Shown piece by piece: positions 1 to 12,123 of a DNA stretch of 64,000 nt (position 1 is the first letter of the stretch; each line of letters begins with the position of its first letter). The translations under genes and the position numbers were made by a program. Below the pieces are notes generated by a model that was given only the letters and a program-made list of their open reading frames with translations, had not been told where the DNA came from and did not search any database. Source of the stretch: Anaeromyxobacter sp. (lineage in GTDB: Bacteria; Myxococcota; Myxococcia; Myxococcales; Anaeromyxobacteraceae). The stretch covers positions 256,001-320,000 of the forward strand of contig JASGJN010000017.1 of NCBI GenBank assembly GCA_049840735.1, written 5' to 3'.

Positions 1-1
1 G

Positions 2-3000
2 GCCATCGAACCCAACGCGCTGATCCAGCAGGGCGGCGCCGCGCTCTCGGTGTCGGTTTCGCCCGAGCTGCCGCCCGGCCTCACCCTCGACCCGGCCACC
101 GGCACCATCTCCGGCACCCCCACGGTCATCAGCCCGGCCGCCACCTACACGGTCACCGCCCACAACTCCGGCGGTGAGGCCTCCGTCGAGCTGGTCCTGG
201 CGGTCAACGACCAGGCCCCGGCCAACCTGGCCTACGCCCTGAACCCGGCGGTCTACACGGTCGGCAGCGCCATCGTGGCCAACGCCCCCGCCTCCGAGGG
301 CGGCGCGGTCACCGGCTACGAGGTCTTCCCGCCGCTGCCCGACGGGCTCGCCCTCGATCCGGTCACCGGCGTCGTCTCCGGCACCCCCACCACCGTCACC
401 CCGGCCGGCACCTACCTCGTCACCGCCTCCAACTCCGGCGGGTCCACCACGGCCGAGCTGGGCCTCACGGTGAACGACGTGCCGCCTTCGCAGCTCGCCT
501 ACGCAGTGAACCCGCTGGTCGCCACGGTGGGCCAGGCCGTCTCCGACCTGGCCAGCGCCCAGGGCGGCCCGGTCCTCACCTGGACGGCCCTCTCCGCGCT
601 CCCCGCCGGCCTCTCGGTCGACGCGCTCACCGGCGAGGTCCGCGGCACGCCCACGGCCATCACCCCGGCCGGCGTCTACACCGTGGTCGCCTCCAACTCC
701 GGCGGCGCGGCCTCGGTCGATCTCGGCCTGACGGTCAACGACGTCCCCCCCTCGGCGCTGGTCTACGCCCAGAACCCGGCCACCTACACCCGCGGCGTCG
801 CCATCGCGGCCAACACGCCCAGCCACGCCGGTGGCGCGGTGGTCTCCTACGCCGTCTCGCCCGCCCTGCCCGCGGGCCTCTCCCTCGACACCGGCACCGG
901 CGCCATCACCGGCACCCCGACCGCCATCACCGCCGCGGCCACCTACACCGTGACCGCCACCAATACCGGCGGCCAGACCTCCGCCGCGGTGAGCATCACG
1001 GTCAACGACCAGGCCCCCACCGGCCTCGCCTACGCCGTGAACCCGGCCGTCCACACCCTCGGCGCGGCCATCGCCCCCAACACCGTCACGGCCGGCGGTG
1101 GCGCGGTCCTCTCGTGGGCCATCGCGCCTACGCTGCCGGCCGGCCTGGCCTTCGACACCGCCACCGGCGCCATCTCCGGCACGCCCACCGCGCTCGCTCC
1201 GCAGGCCGCGTACACCGTCACCGCCACCAACACCGGCGGCACCGCCTCGGTCGACCTGAGCCTGACGGTGAACGACGTCCCGCCCTCCGGCCTCACCTAC
1301 GCCCTCAACCCGGCCACCTACCAGGCCACCATCGCCATCGGCGACAACACCCCCACCGTCAGCGGCGGCCCGGTCACCTCCTGGTCGGTCGAGCCCCCGC
1401 TGCCGGCCGGCCTGACCCTCGACGCAGCCACCGGCGTCCTCTCCGGCACCCCGGAGGCCGAGGCCGCCCAGGCCACCTACACCGTCACGGCCACCAACTC
1501 CGGCGGCAGCACCGCCACCGGCCTCACGCTCACCGTCCGCCCCGCGCCCTTCTGCGGCGACGGCAGCGTCGACGCCGGCGAGGCCTGCGATGACGGCAAC
1601 ACGGTCGCGAACGACGGCTGCAACGCCACCTGCCAGGCCGAGGTCTGCGGCGACGGCGTCGTGCAGCCCGGGATCGGCGAGCAGTGCGACGACGGCAACG
1701 CCATCCTCGGCGACGGCTGCACCCGCACATGCATCGCCGAGGTGTGCGGCGACGGCGTGATCCAGCCCGCCCTCGGCGAGCAGTGCGACGACGGCAACGC
1801 CGCGGCCAACGACGGCTGCGGCGCCACCTGCCACGTCGAGTTCTGCAGCGACGGCATCGTCCAGACCAGCGAGCAGTGCGACGACGGCAACGGCACCTCC
1901 GGCGACGGCTGCAGCCCCGCCTGCCTCTCCGAGCGGTGCGGCGACGGGACGGTGGAGCTCGCGCTGGGCGAGGAGTGCGAGGACGGGAACGCGGCCACCG
2001 GCGACGGCTGCGACGCCACCTGCCGCGCCGAGCCCTTCCAGACCACGGCGCCGGTCGCGGCGACCAACAGCGCAGGCTGCTCCACCATGGGCCTGGGCGC
2101 CGCGGAGTCCATCGGAGTGAGCGACAACGGTGCGATCGCCCTGCTCATGGCCTGCGGCACCCAGCCCGGGTTCGCCACCAGCAACGACAGGGGCAGGTCG
2201 GTCACCGGGTGGAGATGGACCGGGACGCTCCCCGGGGGAGCGGTGGTCCAGGCAGGCGTGGGCGGCGGGCGCAGCGGCTACGCCTACGGGGTCTACGTCA
2301 CGGCCGATGGCGGCCTCTACCCGATCCAGCTGGCGGCAAGCGCTGGCGGCGCGGCCCTCTGCCTGGGGCCGGTCGCGACCACCACCGACCCGGCCGCTGG
2401 CGCGCCCGTCGTGGCCTTCGGCGACACCTTCTACGTGGGCTACCGCACCGCTCCCGACATCGTCGAGATCGGCCGCGGGGGCCGGAGCGCGTTCACGAGC
2501 TGGACCAGGACCGCGGCGGACCTCCAGGCCGGGGCCTTCGGCCTGGCGCTCGACGCGCGCAACGACACCCTGGTGCTGGCGGCCGACGGCGGGATGATGC
2601 GGACCAGCTCGGACCGCGCGGCGACCTTCGCGCCGGCCCTCGGGATCCCGCCCACCGTCCACTCGGGCTTCGCCGCGAGCGCCGGGATGCTCACCGTGGC
2701 CGGCACCAACCCAGGCAGCTCCCTGTTCCGGGTCCCGATCGCCGCTCCCGATCAGTGGACGACCGTCCCCGGGCTGCCAGGCCTGACCATGCCCGCCGTC
2801 CCCGCGGTCAAGGGCCGGCACGTGGTCGCCGACCGGAGGGGGAACGTCTACATCCTCACCACGACCGACGAGGGCGTGACGCAGCTGCTCCGGCTGCCTG
2901 CGGGCGCGAGCGCGTTCGATGCGCCCCGCCTGCTGCCTTCGGACGCCATCAACCCTACCCTGGCCCCGCTCCCCAACAGCCAGGGCGTGGCCGTCGCGTA

Positions 3001-3046
3001 CACGCGCGCCGGGAGCGTCTGGGTCACCGTGCAGACGTACCCGTAG
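2..3046 (+). CDS. Large surface protein, 5' partial: at least 6 putative-Ig (He_PIG-like) repeats, 5 Myxococcus-type Cys-rich repeats, C-terminal Asp-box-like head
   Basis: Frame is open from base 2. ~89-aa repeats LPxGLxLDxxTGxISGTPT...YTVTAxNSGG; CGDG..EQCDDGN..xDGCxxxC x5; TSNDRGRS and TSSDRAATF Asp-box-like motifs. Confidence 0.85.
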   Translation, partial: AIEPNALIQQGGAALSVSVSPELPPGLTLDPATGTISGTPTVISPAATYTVTAHNSGGEASVELVLAVNDQAPANLAYALNPAVYTVGSAIVANAPASEGGAVTGYEVFPPLPDGLALDPVTGVVSGTPTTVTPAGTYLVTASNSGGSTTAELGLTVNDVPPSQLAYAVNPLVATVGQAVSDLASAQGGPVLTWTALSALPAGLSVDALTGEVRGTPTAITPAGVYTVVASNSGGAASVDLGLTVNDVPPSALVYAQNPATYTRGVAIAANTPSHAGGAVVSYAVSPALPAGLSLDTGTGAITGTPTAITAAATYTVTATNTGGQTSAAVSITVNDQAPTGLAYAVNPAVHTLGAAIAPNTVTAGGGAVLSWAIAPTLPAGLAFDTATGAISGTPTALAPQAAYTVTATNTGGTASVDLSLTVNDVPPSGLTYALNPATYQATIAIGDNTPTVSGGPVTSWSVEPPLPAGLTLDAATGVLSGTPEAEAAQATYTVTATNSGGSTATGLTLTVRPAPFCGDGSVDAGEACDDGNTVANDGCNATCQAEVCGDGVVQPGIGEQCDDGNAILGDGCTRTCIAEVCGDGVIQPALGEQCDDGNAAANDGCGATCHVEFCSDGIVQTSEQCDDGNGTSGDGCSPACLSERCGDGTVELALGEECEDGNAATGDGCDATCRAEPFQTTAPVAATNSAGCSTMGLGAAESIGVSDNGAIALLMACGTQPGFATSNDRGRSVTGWRWTGTLPGGAVVQAGVGGGRSGYAYGVYVTADGGLYPIQLAASAGGAALCLGPVATTTDPAAGAPVVAFGDTFYVGYRTAPDIVEIGRGGRSAFTSWTRTAADLQAGAFGLALDARNDTLVLAADGGMMRTSSDRAATFAPALGIPPTVHSGFAASAGMLTVAGTNPGSSLFRVPIAAPDQWTTVPGLPGLTMPAVPAVKGRHVVADRRGNVYILTTTDEGVTQLLRLPAGASAFDAPRLLPSDAINPTLAPLPNSQGVAVAYTRAGSVWVTVQTYP

Positions 3047-3060
3047 TCACCAGCCCGCAG

Positions 3061-3084
3061 GGTCCGGCGGGTCACCGCCGGACC
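3061..3084 (+). terminator. Perfect GC hairpin after the surface protein gene (terminator-like, no U-tract)
   Basis: GGTCCGGCGG-GTCA-CCGCCGGACC. Confidence 0.35.
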
Positions 3085-3149
3085 CTGGCCGCGCCCGAAC
3101 GCCGGGTCACCTTCCTGCGGTAGGATCCTCGCCACCTCGGGGATCCACC

Positions 3150-4187
3150 ATGCACCGCACCTGGCACACCACCGTCGTCGGCCTGGCCGCCGGCGCGCTC
3201 CTCGCCGCGACCCTCACCGCCCTGGCCCTGCCCCGCGTGGCGCCGCCGGCCGAGCGGGCCCGCTGCGACGCCTTCCACACGCTGGCCTGCTTCGACGCAG
3301 CGCGGATGAAGGCCGACGTGGCCGAGCTCGCCTCCCCGCGCCTCGCCGGCCGCGCCGCCGGGACGCCGGAGAACGAGGCCGCGGTGACGATGCTGGAGCA
3401 GCGCCTCCGGGCCGTGCTCGCGCCGGTACCGGGCCTGCCCGGCTACCGCTTCACCTCGGAGGACGGCCGCTGGAGGGAGGGCCAGTTCCAGGTGGTGTCC
3501 TACGACAACCTGGTGGGCGTCCTCCCGGGCAGCGATCCCGCGCTGCGCGACCAGGTGCTGATCCTCTCCGCGCACCTGGACGGCCAGGGCCGGACCGCCG
3601 ATGGGCGCCTCCTGCCCTCCGCCGATGACGATGCCTCCGGGACGGCGGTGGTGCTGGAGCTGATGCGCGCGGTCGCGGCGAGCCCCACCCGGCCGCGGCG
3701 GACCCTGCTCTTTGCCCTCTGGAACGGCGAAGAGCGCGGCATGGCCGGCTCCTGCGACTTCGTGCTCAGCGGGCGGCAGCTCCCACTCGACGCCATCACC
3801 GCGGTCTTCAACCTGGACATGGTGGGCGGCGACGCGCCCGGCATGGACCTGTGGGGTGGCTACGACCACCCCTGGTTCATGAGGCTGGCCGGGCGGGAGG
3901 CGGCGGAGAACGGGCTCCGCTGGCCGATCACCTCGCTGCCGGGAGAGGACCGGTCGGACCAGGCCTGCTTCCGGACGCAGGGGGTCCCGGCGTTCATGAT
4001 CACGTCGCCGGGGAACCCGGATGGCCGCGCCCACTACCACCAGCCCAGCGACACGGCGGAGCGCGTGCCGCGGGAGTCGCTGGAGGCGGCCGCGATGCTG
4101 GTCTGGGCGACGGTGCGGCCGCTGGCGATGGGAGAGGAGACGCCGCCGCGGAGGGAGGCGCCGGTGCGGGGGGCGCCGAGGGAGTGA
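3150..4187 (+). CDS. M28 family metallopeptidase, exported
   Basis: N-terminal hydrophobic segment; SAHLD, ADDDASG, GEERGMAGS, NLDMVG, RSDQ, YHQPSD motifs. Confidence 0.9.
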   Translation: MHRTWHTTVVGLAAGALLAATLTALALPRVAPPAERARCDAFHTLACFDAARMKADVAELASPRLAGRAAGTPENEAAVTMLEQRLRAVLAPVPGLPGYRFTSEDGRWREGQFQVVSYDNLVGVLPGSDPALRDQVLILSAHLDGQGRTADGRLLPSADDDASGTAVVLELMRAVAASPTRPRRTLLFALWNGEERGMAGSCDFVLSGRQLPLDAITAVFNLDMVGGDAPGMDLWGGYDHPWFMRLAGREAAENGLRWPITSLPGEDRSDQACFRTQGVPAFMITSPGNPDGRAHYHQPSDTAERVPRESLEAAAMLVWATVRPLAMGEETPPRREAPVRGAPRE

Positions 4188-4190
4188 CCA

Positions 4191-4226
4191 GAAGAAACGG
4201 GCGGCCCGCTCGCGCGGACCGCCCGC
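4191..4226 (-). terminator. Probable intrinsic terminator of rpsA
   Basis: Minus strand CGGGCGGTCCGC-GCGA-GCGGGCCGCCCG followed by TTTCTTC. Confidence 0.55.
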
Positions 4227-4247
4227 TGGAACAGCTTCGCGATTCCT

Positions 4248-4300
4248 GGCCTTCGACTCCGGGCGCGCTGGAGGCGCGCCCTACGCTCAGGCCGAACGGA
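4248..4300. repeat. REP-like palindromic element, single copy
   Basis: GGCCTTCGACTCCG-[GC hairpin]-CTACGCTCAGGCCGAACGGA; same frame as copies at 8385, 23142-23912, 39115 and 49480. Confidence 0.8.
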
Positions 4301-4314
4301 GCGCGCGGCCGGCG

Positions 4315-6021
<1,707 letters not shown>

Positions 6022-6253
6022 TCGGTCAGGCCAACCTTTTCTTCGGGAAGCGCCAGCGCTCGAGGCGGGACCGTCCGGAGGGACGTGCGGGGAGCGACGG
6101 CGTTGCCACTGCAACCCCCTGGTCTGGTTTTCCGTGCGGCGCCCCGGGGAACGAGGGCGAGGCACGCGTCAGGGAGAAGCCCCCGACAACGCTCCTAGAA
6201 TACGGAGGACGCGCAAGCTACACGTCCGATCCGAGGTGGTCAAGGCGCTCAGA

Positions 6254-7090
6254 TCAGGGGAGCCGGCGCAGCCAGGCGGCCACCCCTTCGATCACCCAGT
6301 CGGGCGTCGAGGCGCCCGCGGACACCCCCACCACCTGGCATCCGCCGAACCAGGCAGTCTCCAGCTCCTCCTCGGTCTCCACGTGCAGGGTCCGGGGCTG
6401 GATCTCGCGGCGAATCTCGGCGAGATGTCGGGTGTTTGCGCTGTTCTTGCCCCCCACGACCACCACCGCGTCCACCTCCCGGGCGAGCGCGCGGGCGTCC
6501 GCCTGGCGCTGCTCGGTGTCGTCGCAGATGGTGTTCACGGCCCGGACCTCCATGTGGCGGAGGGCCAGGGCGCCGACCACGCGCTCGAACTCCGCCCCGA
6601 TGCAGGTGGTCTGGGCCAGCACGGCCACCTTCTTGGCCTTGAAATCAGGCACCGGCTCGCCCGGCTTCACCACCGTGACCGGCCCCTCGGCGTGGGAGAT
6701 GACGCCCTTGATCTCTGCGTGGTTGGCGTCGCCCACGATGACCAGGTGGTAGCCGTCGGCGGAGAGCCGCCGCGCCATGGCCTGGGGGAAGATGACGTAG
6801 GGGCAGGTGCCGTCCACCAGGTCCAGATCGCGCGTCTTGGCGCGGGCGAACTGGTCGCGCACCGCGCCATGGGTGCGGACCACCACGGTGGTCCCCTGCT
6901 CCACCTCGTCGATGTCGGAGACGGTGCGAATCCCCTTCTCCTGGAACCGCGCCACGACCTGCGGGTTGTGGATGATGGGCCCCAGCGTGACCACTGGCCC
7001 CTTCGCCTGGTCGGCGACCTCCATGACCTTGTCCACGGTCCGCCGCACGCCCCAGCAGAACCCGGCCGTCCTCGCGATCTTCACGTCCAC
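6254..7090 (-). CDS. ispH: 4-hydroxy-3-methylbut-2-enyl diphosphate reductase
   Basis: GFCWGV, IIHNP, DGTCPYV, NTICDDT, SANT, GASTP motifs. Confidence 0.97.
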   Translation of the reverse strand: MDVKIARTAGFCWGVRRTVDKVMEVADQAKGPVVTLGPIIHNPQVVARFQEKGIRTVSDIDEVEQGTTVVVRTHGAVRDQFARAKTRDLDLVDGTCPYVIFPQAMARRLSADGYHLVIVGDANHAEIKGVISHAEGPVTVVKPGEPVPDFKAKKVAVLAQTTCIGAEFERVVGALALRHMEVRAVNTICDDTEQRQADARALAREVDAVVVVGGKNSANTRHLAEIRREIQPRTLHVETEEELETAWFGGCQVVGVSAGASTPDWVIEGVAAWLRRLP

Positions 7091-7208
7091 GGCGCTCGTA
7101 TATAACGTGAACCGTCCGGCGGGCCACCCGGGGAGCCCCTGAGGGCGCCGGTCACGAAGCCGCGCCCCCGCCCTCCCAGGTCAAGGCCGCCGAGATCCCG
7201 GAGGTCGC

Positions 7209-8375
7209 ATGCGCGCCACGCTCGCCGCGCCCCTGCTCGCCCTGGCCTGCCTGGCCGGGTCCACCTCGGCTGCCGCGCAGGACATCCCCCTGCAGGGCTT
7301 CGTGCTCCGCTCCAAGGTGCTCGGCCAGGAGCGGAAGATCATGATCTGGACGCCGCCGGGCTACGAGCGGAACGTGCGCGGCTACCCGGTGCTCTACCTG
7401 ACCGACGGCCCGGCCCAGCTGCCGCTGGTCGCGACCACGGTGGACTTCCTGGCCCGGCATGGCCGGATCCCGGACCTGATCATCGTGGGCATCGCGCCGG
7501 GCGACCGGACCCGCGAGCTCGCACCCTCTCCGGGCGGCGCCGAGGGGTTCAAGGTGGACGAGGCCGGCGCCCCCGCGTTCCTCTCCTTCATCGAGACCGA
7601 GCTCATCCCCTGGGTGGCGGCGCGCTACCGCACCGGCCCGTTCAAAATCCTGGCCGGGCACTCCATGGGCGGCCTCTTCGCGCTCCACGCGCTCGCGGCG
7701 CGCCCGGGGCTGTTCCAGGCCGTCCTGGCCGTCTCGCCAACCCTCAGCTGGAACGAGGACGAGCCGGCCCGCAAGCTCCGCGCGCTGGTGGCCGCCCAGC
7801 CGGCGCTCAAGGCGACGGTGGTGGTGACGCTGGGCGACGAGGGCCCGGCCCTGGCCCGGCAGCTGGAGGCGGTGCGGGAGGCGATGAAGCAGGCGGGACC
7901 GGATCTGCGCTTCGCCGCCCTCCAGCAGCCCGGTGAGGACCACGCCACCACGCCCTTCGGCGGCTTCTACCAGGGGCTCAAGTTCGTGTTCGACGGCTGG
8001 CGCATGCCCTTCCCGTCCAGCGACACCGGCCCGAAGGGCGGCCTGCCGGCGCTCAAGGCCCACTACGACGCGCTCTCGAAGCGGCTGGGCTGGCCGGTCA
8101 CGCCGCCGGAGCTGATGGTGAACCTGGCCGGCTACCAGCAGCTGCGGGACGGCAACGCCGCGGCGGCCATCGCCACCTTCCAGCAGGAGCTCCTCTGGTA
8201 CCCCGACAGCGCCAACGCCCACGACTCGCTGGGCGAGGCGTTCGAGAAGGCGGGGCAGCTGCAGGACGCGCGGCGGGAGTACCGGGCGGCCTGGCACGCC
8301 GGCGAGCAGCTGGGGGACCCGGCCACGCCCGTCTACAAGCAGCACTTCGAGCGGCTGGGCGGGCCGGTGGAGTGA
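7209..8375 (+). CDS. Exported alpha/beta-hydrolase (esterase, IroE/Fes-like) with C-terminal TPR
   Basis: Signal peptide; YPVLYLTDG, GHSMGG nucleophile elbow, EDH; YPDSANAHDSLGEA TPR. Confidence 0.85.
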   Translation: MRATLAAPLLALACLAGSTSAAAQDIPLQGFVLRSKVLGQERKIMIWTPPGYERNVRGYPVLYLTDGPAQLPLVATTVDFLARHGRIPDLIIVGIAPGDRTRELAPSPGGAEGFKVDEAGAPAFLSFIETELIPWVAARYRTGPFKILAGHSMGGLFALHALAARPGLFQAVLAVSPTLSWNEDEPARKLRALVAAQPALKATVVVTLGDEGPALARQLEAVREAMKQAGPDLRFAALQQPGEDHATTPFGGFYQGLKFVFDGWRMPFPSSDTGPKGGLPALKAHYDALSKRLGWPVTPPELMVNLAGYQQLRDGNAAAAIATFQQELLWYPDSANAHDSLGEAFEKAGQLQDARREYRAAWHAGEQLGDPATPVYKQHFERLGGPVE

Positions 8376-8384
8376 GCTGCGCGT

Positions 8385-8438
8385 GGCCTTCGACTCCGGG
8401 CCCGCCTGGCGGCGGGCCCTACGCCCAGGCCGAACGGA
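8385..8438. repeat. REP-like palindromic element, single copy
   Basis: GGCCTTCGACTCCGGGCCCGCC-TGGC-GGCGGGCCCTACGCCCAGGCCGAACGGA between convergent genes. Confidence 0.8.
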
Positions 8439-8465
8439 GGGGAGCTCCGGCCGGCCCGGGGCTCA

Positions 8466-9141
8466 TCAGGTCTTCTCGCCCACGAACTTCTCGCGCTCGT
8501 CCTTGAACAGGAGGTTGAAGGTGGTGAGCGAACCGTAGCAGCGGGTGACGTACTGCTGCAGCTCCACCTTGTCCGCGTCGGAGAGCTTGTCGTGGCCGTT
8601 GAGCTTCTGCTCCAGCACGCGGAGCCGGTCGCGGATCATCACGATCTTGTGGAACAGGCTGTCGAGCGGGATCTCCTTGGCCGCCGTGGCGGCGTCGCCC
8701 GGCTTGAGCACCACCGTGCCGCCTTCCCACCTGGGCGAGAGGCGGACCGGGGTCCCCTCCTCGCGCAACGCCTCGCGGATGGCCTGGGCGAACTCCTCGC
8801 GCGTCATGTCGGTCAGCTCCTCGGGCAGCGGCGCGCTGGGGGCGCGCGGGGCGTGGCCCTCGACAGGCCCGGGGCGGGCGGTCTCGGGCTCGCCGGGGCG
8901 GTGGATGCAGCGGGGACGTGGGGCGCGGGTTGCGCCGGCGCTCGACCTCGGCCGGCGGCGCCGAGGGCACGGCCTGGTCGCGGGAGAGGTAGCGCTCGCA
9001 GCGGGGGGCGGTGCCGGGGAAGTGGCCGGTGCGGACCGCGAGGCGGCACGGGCCGATGGGGCCACGCTCGTCCTCGAGGATGGGCCGCCAGAGCCGGCAG
9101 GTCCCGCACTCCTTCGGCCCGTAGGTGCGCTCCTCGCTCAC
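8466..9141 (-). CDS. Hypothetical protein with N-terminal four-Cys motif; apparent frameshift near 8910
   Basis: N-half CGTC..GPC..PRC in ORF 8419-9141; C-half KEIPLDSLFHKIVMIRDRLRVLEQ..RCYGSLTTFN in ORF 8466-9065; GTGA overlap with cmk stop. Confidence 0.7.
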
Positions 9142-9845
9142 GCGCCGCGCTCCGCCAGCCGCGCCTCGACCTCGCCGGCCAGGGCCTCGACCACCGCCTC
9201 CAGCGGGCTGCCGCTGGTGTCCACCACCACCGCGTCCGAGGCCGGCTTGAGCGGCGCGATCTCGCGCTCCGAGTCGTTGCGGTCGCGCTGGAGCTGGTCG
9301 GCCAGCACCTGCTCGAAGGTGGCCGGATCGCCCTTGCCCTGCAGCTCGGCGTGCCGCCGGCGGGCCCGCTCCTCCGGGCTGGCCACCAGGAAGAACTTGG
9401 CGTCTGCGTCGGGGAAGACCACCGTCCCGATGTCGCGCCCCTCCAGCACCGCGCCGCGGTTCTCCGGCGCCAGCGCCAGCCGGCGCTGCAGCTCCAGCAG
9501 CCCGGCGCGCACCACCGGCCGCGCCGAGACCTTGCTGGCCCCGAGCGACATGGGCGGGGTGCGGATCTCCTGCGAGACGTCCTCGCCGCCCAGCAGCACC
9601 CGCTGCCCGTCGCCCTGCCCGGCCGGCGGGGCGAAGCGGATCTCGAGCCGCGGCAGCAGCGCGCCCAGCGCCGCGTCGTCGTCCAGCGCCAGGCCGGCGC
9701 GGGTGGCCGCCAGCGCCACGGTCCGGTAGATGGCGCCGGTGTCCACCATGGCGAAGCCGAGCCGGGCCGCCACCCGCCGCGAGGCGGTGGACTTGCCGGC
9801 GCCGGCGGGGCCGTCGATGGCCACGATGAACGGGCGCGGGCTCAC
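9138..9845 (-). CDS. cmk: Cytidylate kinase
   Basis: AIDGPAGAGKST, DTGAIYR, EGRDIGTVVFPDA. Confidence 0.96.
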   Translation of the reverse strand: MSPRPFIVAIDGPAGAGKSTASRRVAARLGFAMVDTGAIYRTVALAATRAGLALDDDAALGALLPRLEIRFAPPAGQGDGQRVLLGGEDVSQEIRTPPMSLGASKVSARPVVRAGLLELQRRLALAPENRGAVLEGRDIGTVVFPDADAKFFLVASPEERARRRHAELQGKGDPATFEQVLADQLQRDRNDSEREIAPLKPASDAVVVDTSGSPLEAVVEALAGEVEARLAERGA

Positions 9846-10938
9846 GACGCCGCCAGCACCTTCCGCAGCGCGGCCAGGCACTTCTCGTTCTCCGGCCGCA
9901 GGCCGACGGTGATCCGCTGCGCGCTGGGGAAGCCGTAGCCGCCCATGGGCCGGACCACGACGCCCTCGCGCAGCAGGTCCTCGAAGAGCTGCTTGCCCGG
10001 CTTCCCGGGGAAGTCGGCCAGGATGAAGTTGCCCTGCGACGGCACCACCGTGGCGCCCAGGTCGGCCAGGCCGGCGGCCAGGAACGGCCGCTCCTCCAGC
10101 ACCAGCGCGCGGCTGCGGGCCAGGTGCGCCTCGTCCCCCAGGGCCGCCACGCCGGCCGCCTGCGCCACGTGGTTCACGTTGAACGGGGCGCGCACGCGGT
10201 CGATGAAGTCCACCAGCTCCGGGCGCGCCAGGCCGTAGCCCAGCCGCAGGCCGGCCAGCCCGTAAATCTGGAGAAGGTCCGCAGCACCACCAGGTTCGGA
10301 TACTTCTTCCGGAGCGCCAGCGCATCCTGGTAGCCGGGCAGGTCCACGAACTCGACGTAGGCCTCGTCCAGCACCACCAGCGTGTCCTTGGGGGCGGCGT
10401 CGAGGAAGGGGATGAGCTCCTTCTCGGTGAAGCAGGTGCCCGTGGGGTTGTCCGGGTTGGCGATGAAGACCAGCTTGGTCCGCCGGGACATGAGCTTCTT
10501 GAGCGCGTCCAGGTCGTAGTGGAAGCGCGCCTTCATGGGCGCCTCCATCAGCGTGCGCCCCTGGGCGTTGGACGCGAGCTTGTAGGCGATGAAGGTCTGG
10601 GCGGAGGTGAGCACCTCCTCGCCGTCCAGCACGAAGGTGCGGACCAGGAGCTCGATCAGCTCGTTGGAGCCGTTGCCGACGAAGACCTCGCCCGGCGTCA
10701 CGCCGTAGCGGGCCGCCAGGGCATTGCGCAGGTGGAAGGCGGCGCCGTCCGGGTAGAGGTGCACCTTCTCGAGCGCCTGCCGGGCGGCCGCCAGGGCCAG
10801 CGGCGAGGGGCCGAGGGGGTTCTCGTTGGAGGCCAGCTTGGCGACGTTGGACACGCCGTACTCGCGCTCCACCTCCTCGATGGGCTTGCCGGGGACGTAC
10901 GGGGTGAGCGAGGCGACGTTGGGCGGGACGAGGGCCAT
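9842..10938 (-). CDS. hisC: Histidinol-phosphate aminotransferase; one-base frameshift near 10268
   Basis: KLASNENPLG, GNGSNELI, NPDNPTG, DEAY, RTFS(K)IYGLAGLRLGY split across two frames. Confidence 0.92.
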
Positions 10939-11098
10939 GAGGACGCCCTTTATACCCCGGCCCTCCGACGGCGCGCGACGTCAGAGCCCCGTCCGGCGTG
11001 TGGCGCGGAACGCCGCGCGACACACCCTCACCCCCGTGCGTACCCTGGGGCTGCCCCTGTCGGTCGCAGGCGCCCTCCCTGCCACCGGGGGATGGGCG

Positions 11099-12070
11099 CT
11101 ACTCCTCGACGGTGAAGACGCCCATCGACCGGAACTTGCGGTAGCGGTCCTCGACCAGCCCCTGCGGCGAGAGCTGCTTGAGCTCTCCCAGGTGGCGGCG
11201 CACCGCCTCGGCCACGTTGCGGGCGGTCAGCTCCGGATCGCGGTGCGCGCCGCCGGGCGCCTCCCGGATCAGCTCGTCGGTGATGCCGAAGCCGGCCAGG
11301 TCGCGGGCCGTGAGCCGCAGCGCCTCGGCGGACTTCTGCGCCTTGCTGGGATCGCGGTGGAGGATGGCGCTGCAGCTCTCCGGCGAGATGACCGAGTAGA
11401 CCGAGTACTCGAGCATGAGGACGCGGTTGGCGACGCCCAGGGCCAGCGCGCCGCCCGAGCCGCCCTCGCCGATGACCACGGCGATCACCGGGACCTCGAG
11501 CGACGCCATCACCTCGAGGTTGACCGCGATGGCCTCGGCCTGGCCGCGCTCCTCGGCGCCGATGCCCGGGTAGGCGCCGGGGGTGTCGATGAAGGTGATG
11601 ATGGGACGGCGGAACCGGTGGGCGAGGTCGAAGAGGCGCCGCGCCTTGCGGTAGCCCTCCGGCCGCGGCATCCCGAAGTTCCGGAGCATGTTCTCCTTGG
11701 TGCTCCGGCCCTTCTGGTGGCCCATCACCACCACCGGCTCGCCGTCGAAGCGCGCGAACCCGCCCACGATGGAGCGGTCGGCGGCGAAGCGGCGATCGCC
11801 CTCGATCTCGAAGAAGTCGGTGAAGCAGGCCTGCAGGTAGTCGGTGGTGTACGGCCGGCTGGGGTGGCGGGCCAGCTGCACCGTCTGCCAGCGGCCGAGA
11901 TCGCTGAAGATCTCGTCCTGGAGCCGCCGCGCCTTCCGCTCCAGGCTGGCGATCTCCTCGTGGTAGTCGACCTTGGACGAGCCTCCGGACAGCTCCTTCA
12001 GCTCGGCGATCTTGGCCTCGAGGGCGAGCAGCGGGCGCTCGAAGTCGAGGGCGTAGGCGGGCTTCTGCAC
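11099..12070 (-). CDS. accA: Acetyl-CoA carboxylase carboxyltransferase alpha subunit
   Basis: LDFERP, ARHPSRP, FGMPRPEGYRKA, DTPGAYPGIGAEERGQ, GEGGSGGALA. Confidence 0.97.
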   Translation of the reverse strand: MQKPAYALDFERPLLALEAKIAELKELSGGSSKVDYHEEIASLERKARRLQDEIFSDLGRWQTVQLARHPSRPYTTDYLQACFTDFFEIEGDRRFAADRSIVGGFARFDGEPVVVMGHQKGRSTKENMLRNFGMPRPEGYRKARRLFDLAHRFRRPIITFIDTPGAYPGIGAEERGQAEAIAVNLEVMASLEVPVIAVVIGEGGSGGALALGVANRVLMLEYSVYSVISPESCSAILHRDPSKAQKSAEALRLTARDLAGFGITDELIREAPGGAHRDPELTARNVAEAVRRHLGELKQLSPQGLVEDRYRKFRSMGVFTVEE

Positions 12071-12123
12071 CGGGCGCTTATAGCACGGGCCGCCCGCCGC
12101 ACGGCGGGCCGCCGCGGGGCTCC

